Shown piece by piece: positions 46,789-57,819 of a DNA stretch of 64,000 nt. The notes below the pieces were generated by a model that saw only the letters and a program-made list of their open reading frames with translations, was not told where the DNA came from and searched no databases. Origin of the DNA: Opitutaceae bacterium (GTDB lineage Bacteria; Verrucomicrobiota; Verrucomicrobiia; Opitutales; Coraliomargaritaceae); NCBI GenBank assembly GCA_051252375.1, contig JBPOFY010000001.1, positions 695,827 to 759,826 of the forward strand, in the 5' to 3' direction. Positions within the stretch are counted from its first letter, which is position 1. Every line of letters begins with the position of its first letter. A program made the translations under genes and the position numbers.

Positions 46789-48315
46789 TTAACCGTCGAT
46801 TTGTTCTTCGAGGAATTTGAAGAGTTCGTCTTCAGTGACGCGGCGTTGTTCACAGGTGTCGCGATCGCGTAGGGTGACGGTGCCGTCTTTTTCGATGGTG
46901 TCGAAGTCGATGGTGACGCCGTATGGGGTGCCGATCTCGTCTTGGCGGCGATAGCGGCGCCCAATGGCACCAGATGCGTCGTAAAAGACGTTCCAGCGGC
47001 GTTGTAGTCGCTTGTAGAGGGCAGTGGCGCGCTCGACCAGTTCAGGCTTGTTCTTGAGCAATGGGAAGATGGCGACCTTTACGGGTGCGATCTTCGGGCT
47101 GAACTTAAGCAGGGTGCGTTTCTCGACCTTGCCCTTGTCGTTGGGCACTTCGTCTTCGGTGTAAGCGGCAGTGAGCACAGCGAGGAGTGTGCGGTCGACG
47201 CCGAGCGATGGCTCGATGACGTGTGGCACATATTTCTCCTTCGCGGCTTCATCGAAGATAGTCATCGACTTGCCAGAGTGCTCTTGGTGCTGCTTGAGAT
47301 CGTAGTCACCGCGGCAAGCGATGCCCCAGAGCTCTTGTTCACCATGTGGGAACTGATACATGAGGTCAGTCGTCGCTTGCGAGTAGAAGGCCAGCTTGTC
47401 CTCTGGGTGAATGTCCTCGGTGATGCCGTCGCGATCGAGACCGATGGATACGAGCCAGTCTGTGCAGGTATCGATCCATTCGCGGTGTAGTGTCTTCCAG
47501 TCAGCATTTGGTGAGATGAAATACTCGATTTCCATTTGCTCGAATTCACGTGAGCGGAAGATGAAATTACGTGGTGTGATTTCGTTGCGGAAAGCTTTAC
47601 CTATCTGCGCGATACCGAAGGGGATCTTTACGCGTCCGGTATCGACGATGTTCTTGTAGTTGGCAAAGATACCTTGTGCTGTTTCAGGGCGAAGGTAGGC
47701 GACGGCTGAATCGTCAGCAAGTGGACCAACTTTAGTCTCGAACATGAGCTTGAACTCGCGTGGCTCTGTCAACGAACCAGGCTTGCCGGTCGCTGGGGAA
47801 GGGATGAGTGCGTGTTCCTCTGGCTTTGATTCGGTGTAGTCCTTGAGGACGATTGGCCCGAGTTCGCCTTGCTTTGCCATTTTACGCTTCATTTCAGCAG
47901 CGGCTTTTTCGGCGACTGCTTGTTGGTCGATACATTCAACCACAGAAACGTAGCCGATGGTTTCGCCTTCAACGTTGACTGGGGCGAAGAAGAGCTGGTC
48001 TGCACGGTAGCGGAGCTTGGATTCTTTACAGTCGACCATCGGGTCGGAAAAGCCGTCCACGTGACCAGAAGCCTTCCAGATCTTCGGGTGCATGATGATG
48101 GTGGAATCGAGACCCTCGATATCGTCACGGCGTTGCACCATGTCGCGCCACCAAGCTTGCTTGATGTTGTTACGCAGTTCGACGCCAAGTGGGCCGTAAT
48201 CGTAAAAGCCATTATAGCCGCCGTAGATTTCGGAGGACTGAAAAATGAAACCGCGGCGTTTGCACAGGCCGACGATATCTTCCATCAAAGTTTCGCTAGA
48301 TGCTGGAGCTGTCAT
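46789..48315 (-). CDS. glyQS: Glycine-tRNA ligase, homodimeric (alpha2) type
   Basis: [57 protein letters not shown]. Confidence 0.96.
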   Translation of the reverse strand: MTAPASSETLMEDIVGLCKRRGFIFQSSEIYGGYNGFYDYGPLGVELRNNIKQAWWRDMVQRRDDIEGLDSTIIMHPKIWKASGHVDGFSDPMVDCKESKLRYRADQLFFAPVNVEGETIGYVSVVECIDQQAVAEKAAAEMKRKMAKQGELGPIVLKDYTESKPEEHALIPSPATGKPGSLTEPREFKLMFETKVGPLADDSAVAYLRPETAQGIFANYKNIVDTGRVKIPFGIAQIGKAFRNEITPRNFIFRSREFEQMEIEYFISPNADWKTLHREWIDTCTDWLVSIGLDRDGITEDIHPEDKLAFYSQATTDLMYQFPHGEQELWGIACRGDYDLKQHQEHSGKSMTIFDEAAKEKYVPHVIEPSLGVDRTLLAVLTAAYTEDEVPNDKGKVEKRTLLKFSPKIAPVKVAIFPLLKNKPELVERATALYKRLQRRWNVFYDASGAIGRRYRRQDEIGTPYGVTIDFDTIEKDGTVTLRDRDTCEQRRVTEDELFKFLEEQIDG

Positions 48316-48439
48316 AAGCCCGCCAAAGATGGTGTTTCAGCATGGTGGGTCAAGTGAGTAAGTTTTACAGACTCTCCAGATTATAAAACTTGTGGTCGAA
48401 TTATTCTGAATCAGTGAGAGGTAGATGATTCTCGAAGTA

Positions 48440-49435
48440 TTACTTCCAGTAGATTGCTCTCTTTTCGATATCTTCATGTTTCCAACTCTTTCGGAAGTCC
48501 TTGTTTGAGAAGGGTTCTTGCTGCTTCCATGCTTGAGCGGAACTTAAAGCCCTGTCGGCAAGGCACGCGATGGGACCTGTGAAATAGTCGCCATGCGATA
48601 CTGAGATGTTCACAGTTAGATGATGAGTAATGAGGGGGAGGAGCTGTTCCAATTCTTCGAGAGATGTTCTATCTCTCTGACTTTTGTTGAACAAATTAGC
48701 TTCAAGATTTGGGTTAAACCGATTGCTGACGTAGTTGAGTATCGCTTCTACTTCACATGTGTTTCCGTTAGATAGAATGTCTTCGATGACTTCCAGGTCT
48801 AGGTTTGCTGGCTCTAACTTGGCAGCATCAGAATATGGGCCTAAGTCATCATGGATTTTATATGTTATTTCGTGCGATGAGCTATCGATTCTGATGGCTG
48901 CGCCGCTGAAAATGCCTCCAAGCCTACAAGTGAAATCATCTTTTCCATGCTTGTGAATGTGACTGGCGAAATGGCGGAGGTTCGCAATGGTAATGCTGCT
49001 CCGATAGACCTTAACGGTTTCCTGTTTGTTGAAAAACTTCTGAAGTTCCATCATGTCACCAGATGAGATTTCTCCGTGAAGGCCGCATTTTCCTATGTAT
49101 TTGCCGAAAGTCTTTGTGAAGTGGACGTTGCCTGTTCCAGTTATGGCTGAGGGATTGCTTAATTGATCAATATATTCAGATCCTGATAGTTTTACTCGAT
49201 AGCTTTTCCCTGAATGATACCCGTTCCCGTTCCATTTAACGTCTGAAAGCACATTGATGTATCTGCTCCATTGAACGTGTTCAGCCTCTATTTGATAAAG
49301 CTCTTGATTCGGGTAAATCTCAGTCCAGTGCTTAATGAACCGTGTAGTCTCATTCTGGGTAAGTCCCGAAATTTCAAGGCCATATGCTACTTGAGCTAGC
49401 AGTGTAAACAGCAATGGCATGTATATGTGCTTCAT
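48440..49435 (-). CDS. Hypothetical secreted protein, AT-rich
   Basis: 331-aa ORF with signal peptide MKHIYMPLLFTLLAQVAYG; no motif recognised. Confidence 0.7.
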   Translation of the reverse strand: MKHIYMPLLFTLLAQVAYGLEISGLTQNETTRFIKHWTEIYPNQELYQIEAEHVQWSRYINVLSDVKWNGNGYHSGKSYRVKLSGSEYIDQLSNPSAITGTGNVHFTKTFGKYIGKCGLHGEISSGDMMELQKFFNKQETVKVYRSSITIANLRHFASHIHKHGKDDFTCRLGGIFSGAAIRIDSSSHEITYKIHDDLGPYSDAAKLEPANLDLEVIEDILSNGNTCEVEAILNYVSNRFNPNLEANLFNKSQRDRTSLEELEQLLPLITHHLTVNISVSHGDYFTGPIACLADRALSSAQAWKQQEPFSNKDFRKSWKHEDIEKRAIYWK

Positions 49436-49528
49436 CCCATATGTGCTAACGATTTATCTGCGAATGTGCAAGTGGTGATCGCGTGTTGCGTGGTTGCCAA
49501 GTGTCTGTAATCTTTCATCGTGGTCGAA

Positions 49529-50212
49529 ATGAGTTCCGGGAAATCAACCACACCTAAGCAGCTGAAGGGGCATGAGCGCTTCCTTCTGTGGTTGTTGGTG
49601 GTTTTTATTCGGACGTGGGGGCGCACCCTGCGCTTTAAGTGGGGAGCGGATGTGCAGGCCATAATCGATGGACCCGTTGTGCCATCTGTGGCGGTGACTT
49701 GGCATAACCGGTTGTTTGTTTCGCCAGAGTTTTTTCGCCGTCATTTGAAAAAGCGGAAAGTGGCGACTTTGATCAGCGCGAGTTCCGATGGTGGTTGGCT
49801 ATCTGGTTTTTTTGAGACGCTTGGCATCAAGCCGGTGCGCGGTTCACGCTATGGTCGTGGGGCTCAGGCATTTCGTGAAATGATCGAGGCCAATGCAGCG
49901 GGGTATGATATCTCTGTCACCCCAGATGGTTCACGCGGCCCGCTTTATGATATGAAGCCCGGTGCGGTGGCAATGGCCCAGAAGACTGGTGCGCCGATAG
50001 TATTGCTTTCACTGAATTTCAATGGGGCGTGGCGTTTGAAGAGTTGGGATAAGTTTTATTTGCCCTATCCATTCAGTCGGATCGACGTGAAGGTGGACCG
50101 AGTGGGGCATGTTTCAGAGCTTGGGACGGACGACCTAAAGGAAGCTTCGCTTGCCCTTAAAGCACGAATGGATGCCATCACGGAGGACGAATTGGTTTAT
50201 GGGAAAGGCTAA
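49529..50212 (+). CDS. DUF374 / lysophospholipid acyltransferase-like protein
   Basis: WHNRL, ISASSDG, VRGS and TPDGSRGP motifs. Confidence 0.82.
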   Translation: MSSGKSTTPKQLKGHERFLLWLLVVFIRTWGRTLRFKWGADVQAIIDGPVVPSVAVTWHNRLFVSPEFFRRHLKKRKVATLISASSDGGWLSGFFETLGIKPVRGSRYGRGAQAFREMIEANAAGYDISVTPDGSRGPLYDMKPGAVAMAQKTGAPIVLLSLNFNGAWRLKSWDKFYLPYPFSRIDVKVDRVGHVSELGTDDLKEASLALKARMDAITEDELVYGKG

Positions 50213-50295
50213 ACTAGGTGTAACTCTTTCCTTGAAACTTGGCGTGCCTAGTATTGCTTGATGCATTCTACCTAGGACAGAACACTCATTTTGTC

Positions 50296-50331
50296 TTTCA
50301 GATTTTAGCATTTTAGTTCTCAGATTTCAGC
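50296..50331. repeat. Degenerate 7-bp tandem array
   Basis: tttcaga ttttagc (a) ttttagt tctcaga tttcagc, immediately upstream of lysC. Confidence 0.55.
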
Positions 50332-50344
50332 TTTTTATAAAAAC

Positions 50345-51559
50345 ATGGCACTCATCGTTCAAAAATACGGCGGCACTTCAGTCGGCGATGTGGACCGCAT
50401 CAAGAATGTGGCGCAGCGCGTGAAGGAAACCTATGACGCCGGCAATCAAGTTGTGGTGGTGGTTTCGGCGCGTTCCGGGGTGACCAACGAGTTGATTGGT
50501 CGTGCGAAGGCGCTGAACCCGAATCCGGACGAGCGCGAGATGGACATGTTGCTGACGGTGGGTGAGCAAGAGACGATCGCTTTGACTGCAATGGCTTTGC
50601 ATGCGATTGGCGTGCCCGCAGTTTCGCGCACTGGCACACAGGCGGGAATCTTAACCGATCCGTCGCACACGCGTGCACGCATTACCAGTATCTCGGGGGG
50701 CGACCTCAAGGAGCAACTGGATGCTGGAAAAGTTGTCATTCTTGCCGGTTTCCAAGGGCATTCACCTGACGGTCAAATCACCACGCTCGGTCGCGGAGGG
50801 TCGGACTTGAGCGCGATCGCGATAGCTGCCGCCCTGAAGGCGGACCTCTGCCAAATTTGCACAGATGTCGATGGCGTCTATACGGCTGACCCGCGTCTGG
50901 TTAAAGATGCGAAGAAGCTTGATGAAATTTCCTACGAAGAAATGCTCGAACTCGCGAGTAGCGGGTCGAAAGTTATGCAAAATCGCGCCGTCGAATTTGC
51001 TCAGAAATTCAACGTCGTTTTTGAAGTCCGCTCCAGTTTTAACAACAACCCCGGAACTATTGTGAAAGAAGAAGTCGCCTCTATGGAAGATGTCGTGGTG
51101 AGCGGTGTCGCTCTCGACAAGAACCAAGCCAAGATCGTAGTCAGTGATTTACCTGACTGCCCCGGGACCGCCGCTAAGCTTTTCGAAGCGCTCGGCGTGG
51201 CTGGTATCAGCGTGGACATGATTGTTCAAAATATCGGGCGTGATGGCAAAGCCAACATGACCTTTACCGTGCCGCGTGATGATATTCATCGTGCAGAGAA
51301 AACGGTATCGGAGTCGTTTCCGACTGAGGCTGCTGGTAAGCTCTTTGAAGCTAGCGACATTGCCAAGGTTTCTGTTGTCGGTGTGGGCATGCGCTCACAC
51401 TCCGGTGTCGCGGCTAAGCTGTTCGCAGCTTTGGGGGCGGCGAGTATTAATATTCAACTGGTCAGCACATCGGAAATTAAGATTTCAGTTGGGATCGATC
51501 CGAAGGATGCGGAGGAAGCGACACGCATTGTGCATGCTGCCTTCGGGTTGAGCAAATAG
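50345..51559 (+). CDS. lysC: Aspartate kinase
   Basis: VQKYGGTSV, TTLGRGGSD, TDVDGVYTADP, two ACT domains, STSEIKIS. Confidence 0.96.
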   Translation: MALIVQKYGGTSVGDVDRIKNVAQRVKETYDAGNQVVVVVSARSGVTNELIGRAKALNPNPDEREMDMLLTVGEQETIALTAMALHAIGVPAVSRTGTQAGILTDPSHTRARITSISGGDLKEQLDAGKVVILAGFQGHSPDGQITTLGRGGSDLSAIAIAAALKADLCQICTDVDGVYTADPRLVKDAKKLDEISYEEMLELASSGSKVMQNRAVEFAQKFNVVFEVRSSFNNNPGTIVKEEVASMEDVVVSGVALDKNQAKIVVSDLPDCPGTAAKLFEALGVAGISVDMIVQNIGRDGKANMTFTVPRDDIHRAEKTVSESFPTEAAGKLFEASDIAKVSVVGVGMRSHSGVAAKLFAALGAASINIQLVSTSEIKISVGIDPKDAEEATRIVHAAFGLSK

Positions 51560-51567
51560 GCTCAGTT

Positions 51568-52911
51568 ATGGAAGCGGAGCGTATGTCTGGTATGGATCAT
51601 CGCTCAATATTGCTGGCTGCCGCGGCAGCTTTGCCACGGCGTGAAGATTTAGCGCCGTATATCGAAGACGTTGCGAAGGCAGAAGCGCGCGGCTACTTTT
51701 TGCCCGATGAGGATGAGCGCTTGCGCGAGATATACTGCCGCTATTTGGCTGTGCGCTCGTCGTTGTTGGATTGTTTGCTCGATCTAAGTCGTGGGCGCTG
51801 GGCGCATCGTGATACCGATGGCCTGAGTGATTTCGTGGTCGCATATTCGGCGGCTTGTTTACTGGTGCGGGCTGCGAGTTATCTGGTGGAGTTGACCGAG
51901 GATGCTCCGATCACAAGAAAGAAGCTGGATGAGCCCGAGCCGCGTTATGGCTTAGAGGCGAAGACTTTTACTCGGATCTATCAAAGTCTCACATCGCCGC
52001 GTCGTTGGTGGGGCTTTTGGGATGCGACACATTTTTATCAGAAACAGCGTGAGGAGATTCTTGAGTTGCGGTCGGACGGTTCAATGGGGCCGATTATCGA
52101 GTTATTGATTGCAGAAGAAAGCTTCGTGCCGCGCAGCCGGAAAGTGTTTTTGAAGAAGCGTTTGTCCTATCGTGTGCATTCTTTTTTACGGAGAAGTTTG
52201 TCGGGCTATCAGAAAGTGATGTTCAATATGTTTCAATTGAGCGGGCATAGCATCGCTGAATTGAAGCAACCTTTCGTGAAACCCATTGGCGCGGGTAAGC
52301 GCGTGACGGATGAAGTGCGGTCTCGCTTGGAGGCTTTTTTGCAGCCTGGCGATGTCTTGGTGACACGGCATGACGACGCCTTGAGTAATCTCTTTCTCCC
52401 CGGTTTCTGGCCTCACGCTGCGTTTTATGTGGGGAGCAATGAACAGCGAGCAACGATCGGGGTGGAAAGTGAGCTTACGATCGGGCCCGAGGTGCGTTTT
52501 CTAGAAGCGAAGAAGGACGGGGTGCGTCTGCGCCCTGCCAATGACACCTTGCAGGTGGATGCGTTTGTCGTGCTGCGACCCTCCTTGTCGAATGTCGATG
52601 TGGTTAATGCCGTGGGTCGTGCTTTGACGCATGCTGGTAAGCTCTACGATTTTATCTTCGATTTCACCGCGTCTAATCGCTTGGCCTGCACGGAGCTCGT
52701 GTATCGCTCCTATCATGGAGTCGGGCCGGTCGAGTTGGCGCTGCAGCCACATGCCGGGCGTCATTGCCTCTCGGCGGAGGATTTGATCAACCAAGTGGTG
52801 GGCAATGGCTGGTTTGAGCCAGTTCTGGTTTATGGGCTAGTGGGGGACCAATGGATCGAAGGTCTGGAGTCCCGCGAATTGTTGCAGGGAAGTTTCGCTT
52901 CAAATTTTTGA
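51568..52911 (+). CDS. Permuted papain-like NlpC/P60 (YiiX/YebB-like) cysteine hydrolase with an N-terminal helical domain
   Basis: PGDVL...PGFWPHAAFYVG (His) preceding YDF.FDF...ACTELV (Cys). Confidence 0.78.
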   Translation: MEAERMSGMDHRSILLAAAAALPRREDLAPYIEDVAKAEARGYFLPDEDERLREIYCRYLAVRSSLLDCLLDLSRGRWAHRDTDGLSDFVVAYSAACLLVRAASYLVELTEDAPITRKKLDEPEPRYGLEAKTFTRIYQSLTSPRRWWGFWDATHFYQKQREEILELRSDGSMGPIIELLIAEESFVPRSRKVFLKKRLSYRVHSFLRRSLSGYQKVMFNMFQLSGHSIAELKQPFVKPIGAGKRVTDEVRSRLEAFLQPGDVLVTRHDDALSNLFLPGFWPHAAFYVGSNEQRATIGVESELTIGPEVRFLEAKKDGVRLRPANDTLQVDAFVVLRPSLSNVDVVNAVGRALTHAGKLYDFIFDFTASNRLACTELVYRSYHGVGPVELALQPHAGRHCLSAEDLINQVVGNGWFEPVLVYGLVGDQWIEGLESRELLQGSFASNF

Positions 52912-52960
52912 AACGGTAATTGTTGATTGACTCTCAGGTTTGGGATACAGACTTCAGAGC

Positions 52961-54322
52961 ATGCAATTTATAAGCACACGTGGCCAAGTGCCCCCAGTTT
53001 CGTTTTCCACCGCAGTCGCGCAAGGTCTCGCGCCAGATGCTGGGCTTTATTTGCCTGAAACACTGCCCGACCTGAAGCCATTGTTGAAGGAATGGGAGGG
53101 TCTGAGCTATGCCGAGCTGTGTGAGGCATTTTTCTCGATCTTTGCGACCGACATTGATCCGGCAGAGTTGAAAACGATTGTTGCGAAGTCTTACACCAAG
53201 TTTGATCACGCTGACATCGCGCCAATAGTTAAACTGAGCGAAGAGCTTTATGTGCTCGAACTCTTCCACGGTCCTACGCTCGCGTTTAAGGACTTCGCTT
53301 TGCAACTACTTGGCAACTTGTATGAGGCGCAGATCGCACGCACAGGTAAGCCAATTTCGGTTCTCGGGGCGACTTCGGGTGATACCGGTGCTGCCGCGAT
53401 TCACGGCTTGTTGGGTAAAGAGGGGGTGACGACATTTATTCTTTATCCAGATGGTCGCATTTCTCCACTCCAGGAGCGTCAGATGACCTGCACAGGCGCG
53501 AGCAATGTTTTCCCACTGGCAATTAAGGGGAGTTTTGACGATGCGCAGACAGCCATGAAGACCGTTTTCGAGGACCAAGCATTTGCTGCCGAGGTAGGGC
53601 TTTCTGCGGTCAACTCGATCAATCTTGCCCGTATCTTGGCACAGTGTGTTTATTATTTGTCGGCATTCTTCCGTTTGCCTGCGGATGTGCGTGAGAATGT
53701 GACATTTGTTGTGCCAACTGGTAATTTTGGCAACGTGCTGGCCGGTTGGTTGGTGCAGCGTATGGGTTTGCCGATCAAAGGATTTCGGGTCGCGACCAAT
53801 CAAAATGATATTCTTCACCGTCTCTTTCAAACTGGAGTCTATAAGTTGGACGCGGTGGCACCTAGCTTAGCGCCTTCGATGGATATACAAGTGGCATCGA
53901 ATTTTGAGCGCTTTCTCTATTACTCGGAAGGCAGTGATCCCGCCAAGGTGCGTGAGATTATCCAGACTTTCAAAGATACCGGAGAGTATATCTTCGAGGA
54001 ATTGAAGGCTGAAGGCTTTAGCAGCTCACGCACAGATGATGCGGAGATTGCTGCAATTATTAAGCGGGTGTATGAGCAATATGGCTATGTCGCGGATCCA
54101 CACACGGCGTGTGGATTTGCTCCTGCGTCTGTTGCGGGACCTGAGATGGTGCTCTCAACCGCCCATCCGGCAAAGTTCCCCGATACAATTCAAGAAGCCA
54201 TTGGGCAGGATTCGATACACCCTTCGCTTGAAGCGCTCAAGCAGCGCGAGATTGTGAAGCATGCAGTCGAGCCGACGCCGGAGGCAATCAAAGCATTCAT
54301 GCGGGCGCATATCGTTCGGTAG
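52961..54322 (+). CDS. thrC: Threonine synthase
   Basis: MQFISTRG, FHGPTLAFKD, ATSGDTG, NSIN, PTGNFG, TAHPAKF. Confidence 0.97.
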   Translation: MQFISTRGQVPPVSFSTAVAQGLAPDAGLYLPETLPDLKPLLKEWEGLSYAELCEAFFSIFATDIDPAELKTIVAKSYTKFDHADIAPIVKLSEELYVLELFHGPTLAFKDFALQLLGNLYEAQIARTGKPISVLGATSGDTGAAAIHGLLGKEGVTTFILYPDGRISPLQERQMTCTGASNVFPLAIKGSFDDAQTAMKTVFEDQAFAAEVGLSAVNSINLARILAQCVYYLSAFFRLPADVRENVTFVVPTGNFGNVLAGWLVQRMGLPIKGFRVATNQNDILHRLFQTGVYKLDAVAPSLAPSMDIQVASNFERFLYYSEGSDPAKVREIIQTFKDTGEYIFEELKAEGFSSSRTDDAEIAAIIKRVYEQYGYVADPHTACGFAPASVAGPEMVLSTAHPAKFPDTIQEAIGQDSIHPSLEALKQREIVKHAVEPTPEAIKAFMRAHIVR

Positions 54323-54334
54323 ATTTTGAGGCAC

Positions 54335-54366
54335 AAAAAAGCCCGTCGTGCAAACGACGGGCTTTT
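54335..54366. terminator. Bidirectional terminator
   Basis: aaaaaagcccgtcgt-gcaa-acgacgggctttt. Confidence 0.88.
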
Positions 54367-54387
54367 GAAATTTACAGAGTCTGCTAA

Positions 54388-54912
54388 TTACCAAGCAAAG
54401 ATCGGAGAGCTGATGGATGTGCCACCAACTGCGACTGTAAGGTTTTCGCCTTCTGCCCAGATCTCATCGTTGATGAGGAACTTGAAAGTGACTTCGCCCT
54501 TAGCTTTAGTGCTCTTTAGTGCCCACTCGTAAGGAGTTACATTGTCGAGCAATGTGCCCTTGGACCAGCTGAGGCCAGCGCCTGAGCCACGCACGTAGAG
54601 ACTGTTGCCGAAGCCGACATCAACACGAGCGATGAGTGAAGTTTGCTGAACTTTCTTAGCACCTGCTTTTTTAGCTGGTGCTGCCTTAGTAGCTGGAGCC
54701 TTCTTAGGAGCAGCCGCTTTTTTAGCAGGAGCTTTCTTGGCAGCGACTTTTTTAGCCGGAGCTTTTTTAGCTGGTGCTGCCTTTTTCGCCGGAGCCTTTT
54801 TAGCAACTACTTTTTTAGCCGGAGCCTTCTTTGCAGGTGCTTTTTTAGCTGGTGCTTTCTTCGTTGCTACCTTTTTAGCGGCAACTTTTTTGGTTGTGGT
54901 TTTCTTAGCCAT
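54388..54912 (-). CDS. Histone-H1-like Lys/Ala/Pro-repeat protein with a C-terminal beta-sandwich (CBM20-like) domain
   Basis: About 88 aa of [10 protein letters not shown] repeats, then [20 protein letters not shown]...W...FKFLIND..W..GEN. Confidence 0.85.
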   Translation of the reverse strand: MAKKTTTKKVAAKKVATKKAPAKKAPAKKAPAKKVVAKKAPAKKAAPAKKAPAKKVAAKKAPAKKAAAPKKAPATKAAPAKKAGAKKVQQTSLIARVDVGFGNSLYVRGSGAGLSWSKGTLLDNVTPYEWALKSTKAKGEVTFKFLINDEIWAEGENLTVAVGGTSISSPIFAW

Positions 54913-55073
54913 TTGAATTTATTTTCTAATTTAGATGAGTTATTATCTCGGTCACATCCAGAAATTAACTTGTGGCATACTGACCGAAGGCAGGGTGCAT
55001 AGCAGATAACTAGCCAAGTTGATACCAAAAAGTTTATCTTTCAGTATTTTATTTTCTGCGGTTTCTACGTGGT

Positions 55074-55712
55074 CTAGTTGCCTGTCAGTAAGTAGATGAC
55101 TTCCTCGGCCAAGTTTTTTGCATGGTCCGCGATCCGTTCTATGGATTTCGAAATAAGGATTGTCTCGATGTTACTGGAAGGTTCTACGCTGCCTTCGCAC
55201 ATGTCGGACGCGAGGGCTTTGAAGTTTTCTTTGTTCAAACGATCTACTTCTTTGTCGCGTTCCATGATGGACTCAGCGAGTTCGAGGTCTTCTTCGAGGA
55301 AGCAAGTGATGGCGTCGTCCAGCATTGCGAAGGCTAGTTTGCTCATTGCTTCGATGTGCACCTTGTTGACGACTTTGCCGTCGCGGGTAAGGATGCGCTT
55401 GGTTTTTTTGGCGATGCTGTGTGCTTCATCGCCTGCGCGTTCGATGTCGTGGCTGGCTTTGATGGCGACAAAGATTAATCGCACGTCGCTAGAAACGGGG
55501 GAACGCAAAGTGATGTAGCGAACGGATGCACGGTCGATTTCGATTTCGAGGTCGTCGATTTCGTCGTCGAGTTTGATCGCACGTTCGGTTTTCTCGAGGT
55601 CGCTGTTGAGGAAGCCTTCGACGGCGAGTCGACCCGCTTCGTGTGCCTTTTCGGCGATTAGGATGAGTTTGGACCGTAGGTCCTGAAGTTCGTGGTGGAA
55701 GTAGCGTTTCAT
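55074..55712 (-). CDS. phoU: Phosphate signalling protein PhoU
   Basis: Two repeats, ERAGDEA and [12 protein letters not shown]; follows pstB. Confidence 0.95.
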   Translation of the reverse strand: MKRYFHHELQDLRSKLILIAEKAHEAGRLAVEGFLNSDLEKTERAIKLDDEIDDLEIEIDRASVRYITLRSPVSSDVRLIFVAIKASHDIERAGDEAHSIAKKTKRILTRDGKVVNKVHIEAMSKLAFAMLDDAITCFLEEDLELAESIMERDKEVDRLNKENFKALASDMCEGSVEPSSNIETILISKSIERIADHAKNLAEEVIYLLTGN

Positions 55713-55752
55713 GGCTGAATGTATTGAAGTGGGTGCGGTGGGTAGTGGATGA

Positions 55753-56553
55753 TCAACCGAAGCGCCCGGATATGTAGGCTTCCGTTTGTGGGTCTTTCGG
55801 GTTCATGAAAATATCGTCAGTATTTTCAAATTCGATGAGCTTCCCGAGATAAAAGAATGCGGTGCGATCAGAGACACGAGCCGCTTGCTGCATGTTGTGT
55901 GTGACGATGACGATAGTGTAGTCTTTCTTGAGCTCGTGGATCAACTCTTCGACTTTCGCGGTGGCGATCGGGTCTAGCGCGGAGCAAGGCTCGTCCATGA
56001 GTAGGATCTTCGGGCGCACCGCGAGTGCGCGGGCGATACAGAGGCGTTGTTGCTGACCGCCGGACATGCCGAGCGCACTTTCGTTGAGGCGGTCTTTAAC
56101 TTCGTCCCAAAGCGCTGCGCCGCGTAGGCATTCTTCGACTACGTCGTCGAGTGTGCTTTTTTTCTTCACGCCTTGGATGCGGAGACCGTAAGCGATGTTA
56201 TCGTAAATCGACTTAGGGAAGGGGTTCGACTTCTGGAAGACCATGCCGACGTGTTTGCGCAGTTCGATGACGTCGATGTCTTTGTCGTAAATATTGACGC
56301 CGCTGATCTTGATTTCGCCACCTTTGATACGGGCGATATCGATGAGATCATTCATGCGATTGAAGCAGCGCAGGAAAGTTGATTTGCCGCAACCGGAGGG
56401 ACCGATGAATGCTGTGACCTCTTTCTCTTTAATATCCATGTTGATATCAAAGAGTGCTTGTGAGTCACCGTATGCGAAATCGAAATTTCGGATTTCGATA
56501 ATCGGTGGCTGCGAGCTATCGCTGGTAGTGGTAGGTGTGCTTGTTTGAGCCAT
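55753..56553 (-). CDS. pstB: Phosphate ABC transporter ATPase
   Basis: [46 protein letters not shown]. Confidence 0.98.
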   Translation of the reverse strand: MAQTSTPTTTSDSSQPPIIEIRNFDFAYGDSQALFDINMDIKEKEVTAFIGPSGCGKSTFLRCFNRMNDLIDIARIKGGEIKISGVNIYDKDIDVIELRKHVGMVFQKSNPFPKSIYDNIAYGLRIQGVKKKSTLDDVVEECLRGAALWDEVKDRLNESALGMSGGQQQRLCIARALAVRPKILLMDEPCSALDPIATAKVEELIHELKKDYTIVIVTHNMQQAARVSDRTAFFYLGKLIEFENTDDIFMNPKDPQTEAYISGRFG

Positions 56554-56595
56554 GAGAAATTGTGTTCGCTGTTATAAATTCGGGTGTAGTCTAGG

Positions 56596-57801
56596 CTACC
56601 ATTTGTATTTCTTGCGGATCTTCACGCGAAGTATGATGCTGCTGAGGGCGAAGAATCCGACGATGAAAAGGAAGACAAAGGCTGCGCCATATTGCATGTT
56701 CCGAGTATATTCGTTTTGCGGGATTTTGGCGCTGACCACGTAGATGTGGTAGGGCAGTGCCATCACACCTTGGAAGAAAAAATCGGTTGGTTTATCGAGA
56801 CCTTCCCATGGCAGCTGGTCGCGTAGTGCGAATGCGGCGGTAAACATGATCGGTGCTGTCTCACCTGCGACGCGGGCGATACCCATAATCGAGGAAGTCA
56901 GGATGCCGGGGAGGGCGTAGGGCAAGACGTTGGTGCGAATGGTCGTCCATTTCGAGGCGCCGAGTGCTAGCGATCCTTCGCGGAACCCTTTGGGTATGGC
57001 GCGCATGGACTCTTCACTGGCGGTGATGATGACGGGCAATGCCATGATCGCGAGCGTGAACCACCCAGCGATCATCGAGACACCCCATCCGAAGAAGAGC
57101 ACAAACATCCCGAAGCCGAACAGACCGAATACGATGGAGGGCACGCCAGAAAGATTGAGGATGGACAGACGGATCAGTTGCAGCACGCGTCCAGGGCGAC
57201 TGTATTCGCTGAGATAGACGGCGCAAAGCACGCCGAGTGTGAGTGCGATGGTGATGGAGCCAGCCACGAGTAGGCAGGTGCCGATAATCGCTGGGCCAAT
57301 GCCACCGCCGCTATAGGCGTAATTGTTATAGGCGTAGAGTTCTTCCGAAGGCGGCTCGGGCAGTGCGCGATATTCTGAATCGCTATACATGAGTCGACCT
57401 TCCTTGCGCGCTTCATCGAGCGTTTCGTAACGGGCTTCGAGGGTTTCGATTTGGCTGCTATATATAGCGGCTTCTTTTTTCGCGCCAGAGCCGAGCGCCG
57501 TTTTCTTCGCCTTGTTTGAGAGGATCTCCGCTTTGATTGAGGCGAGCTCGTCGTAGATTTCCTTCGGTTCGTAAACGTGTAGCGTTTGTGGCTTTTGCGT
57601 GAGGAAATCGATGTTGATAAATGGAGCCTTCGTCATGAAGACGGCTTTGGATCCATTATAGGCGATATTGAAAAAGATGTATCCTGCCGCGATGATGACG
57701 GCATAGGTAGCCAACCGGAAGAAGAGCGTAGTGAACGATTCAAACGCAGCTTGGCGGCTCTTTCGCTTCGAGAACGGATGTGGTGCTTTTGGTGCAGACA
57801 T
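56596..57801 (-). CDS. pstA: Phosphate ABC transporter permease PstA
   Basis: [30 protein letters not shown]. Confidence 0.93.
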   Translation of the reverse strand: MSAPKAPHPFSKRKSRQAAFESFTTLFFRLATYAVIIAAGYIFFNIAYNGSKAVFMTKAPFINIDFLTQKPQTLHVYEPKEIYDELASIKAEILSNKAKKTALGSGAKKEAAIYSSQIETLEARYETLDEARKEGRLMYSDSEYRALPEPPSEELYAYNNYAYSGGGIGPAIIGTCLLVAGSITIALTLGVLCAVYLSEYSRPGRVLQLIRLSILNLSGVPSIVFGLFGFGMFVLFFGWGVSMIAGWFTLAIMALPVIITASEESMRAIPKGFREGSLALGASKWTTIRTNVLPYALPGILTSSIMGIARVAGETAPIMFTAAFALRDQLPWEGLDKPTDFFFQGVMALPYHIYVVSAKIPQNEYTRNMQYGAAFVFLFIVGFFALSSIILRVKIRKKYKW

Positions 57802-57819
57802 GATCGTAAAGTGTAGAGA

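Noticed and set aside
48316..49470. Possible integron cassette (GTTAGC just before the AT-rich gene)
   Set aside because: No attC-like inverted repeat after the stop codon and no integrase in the window.
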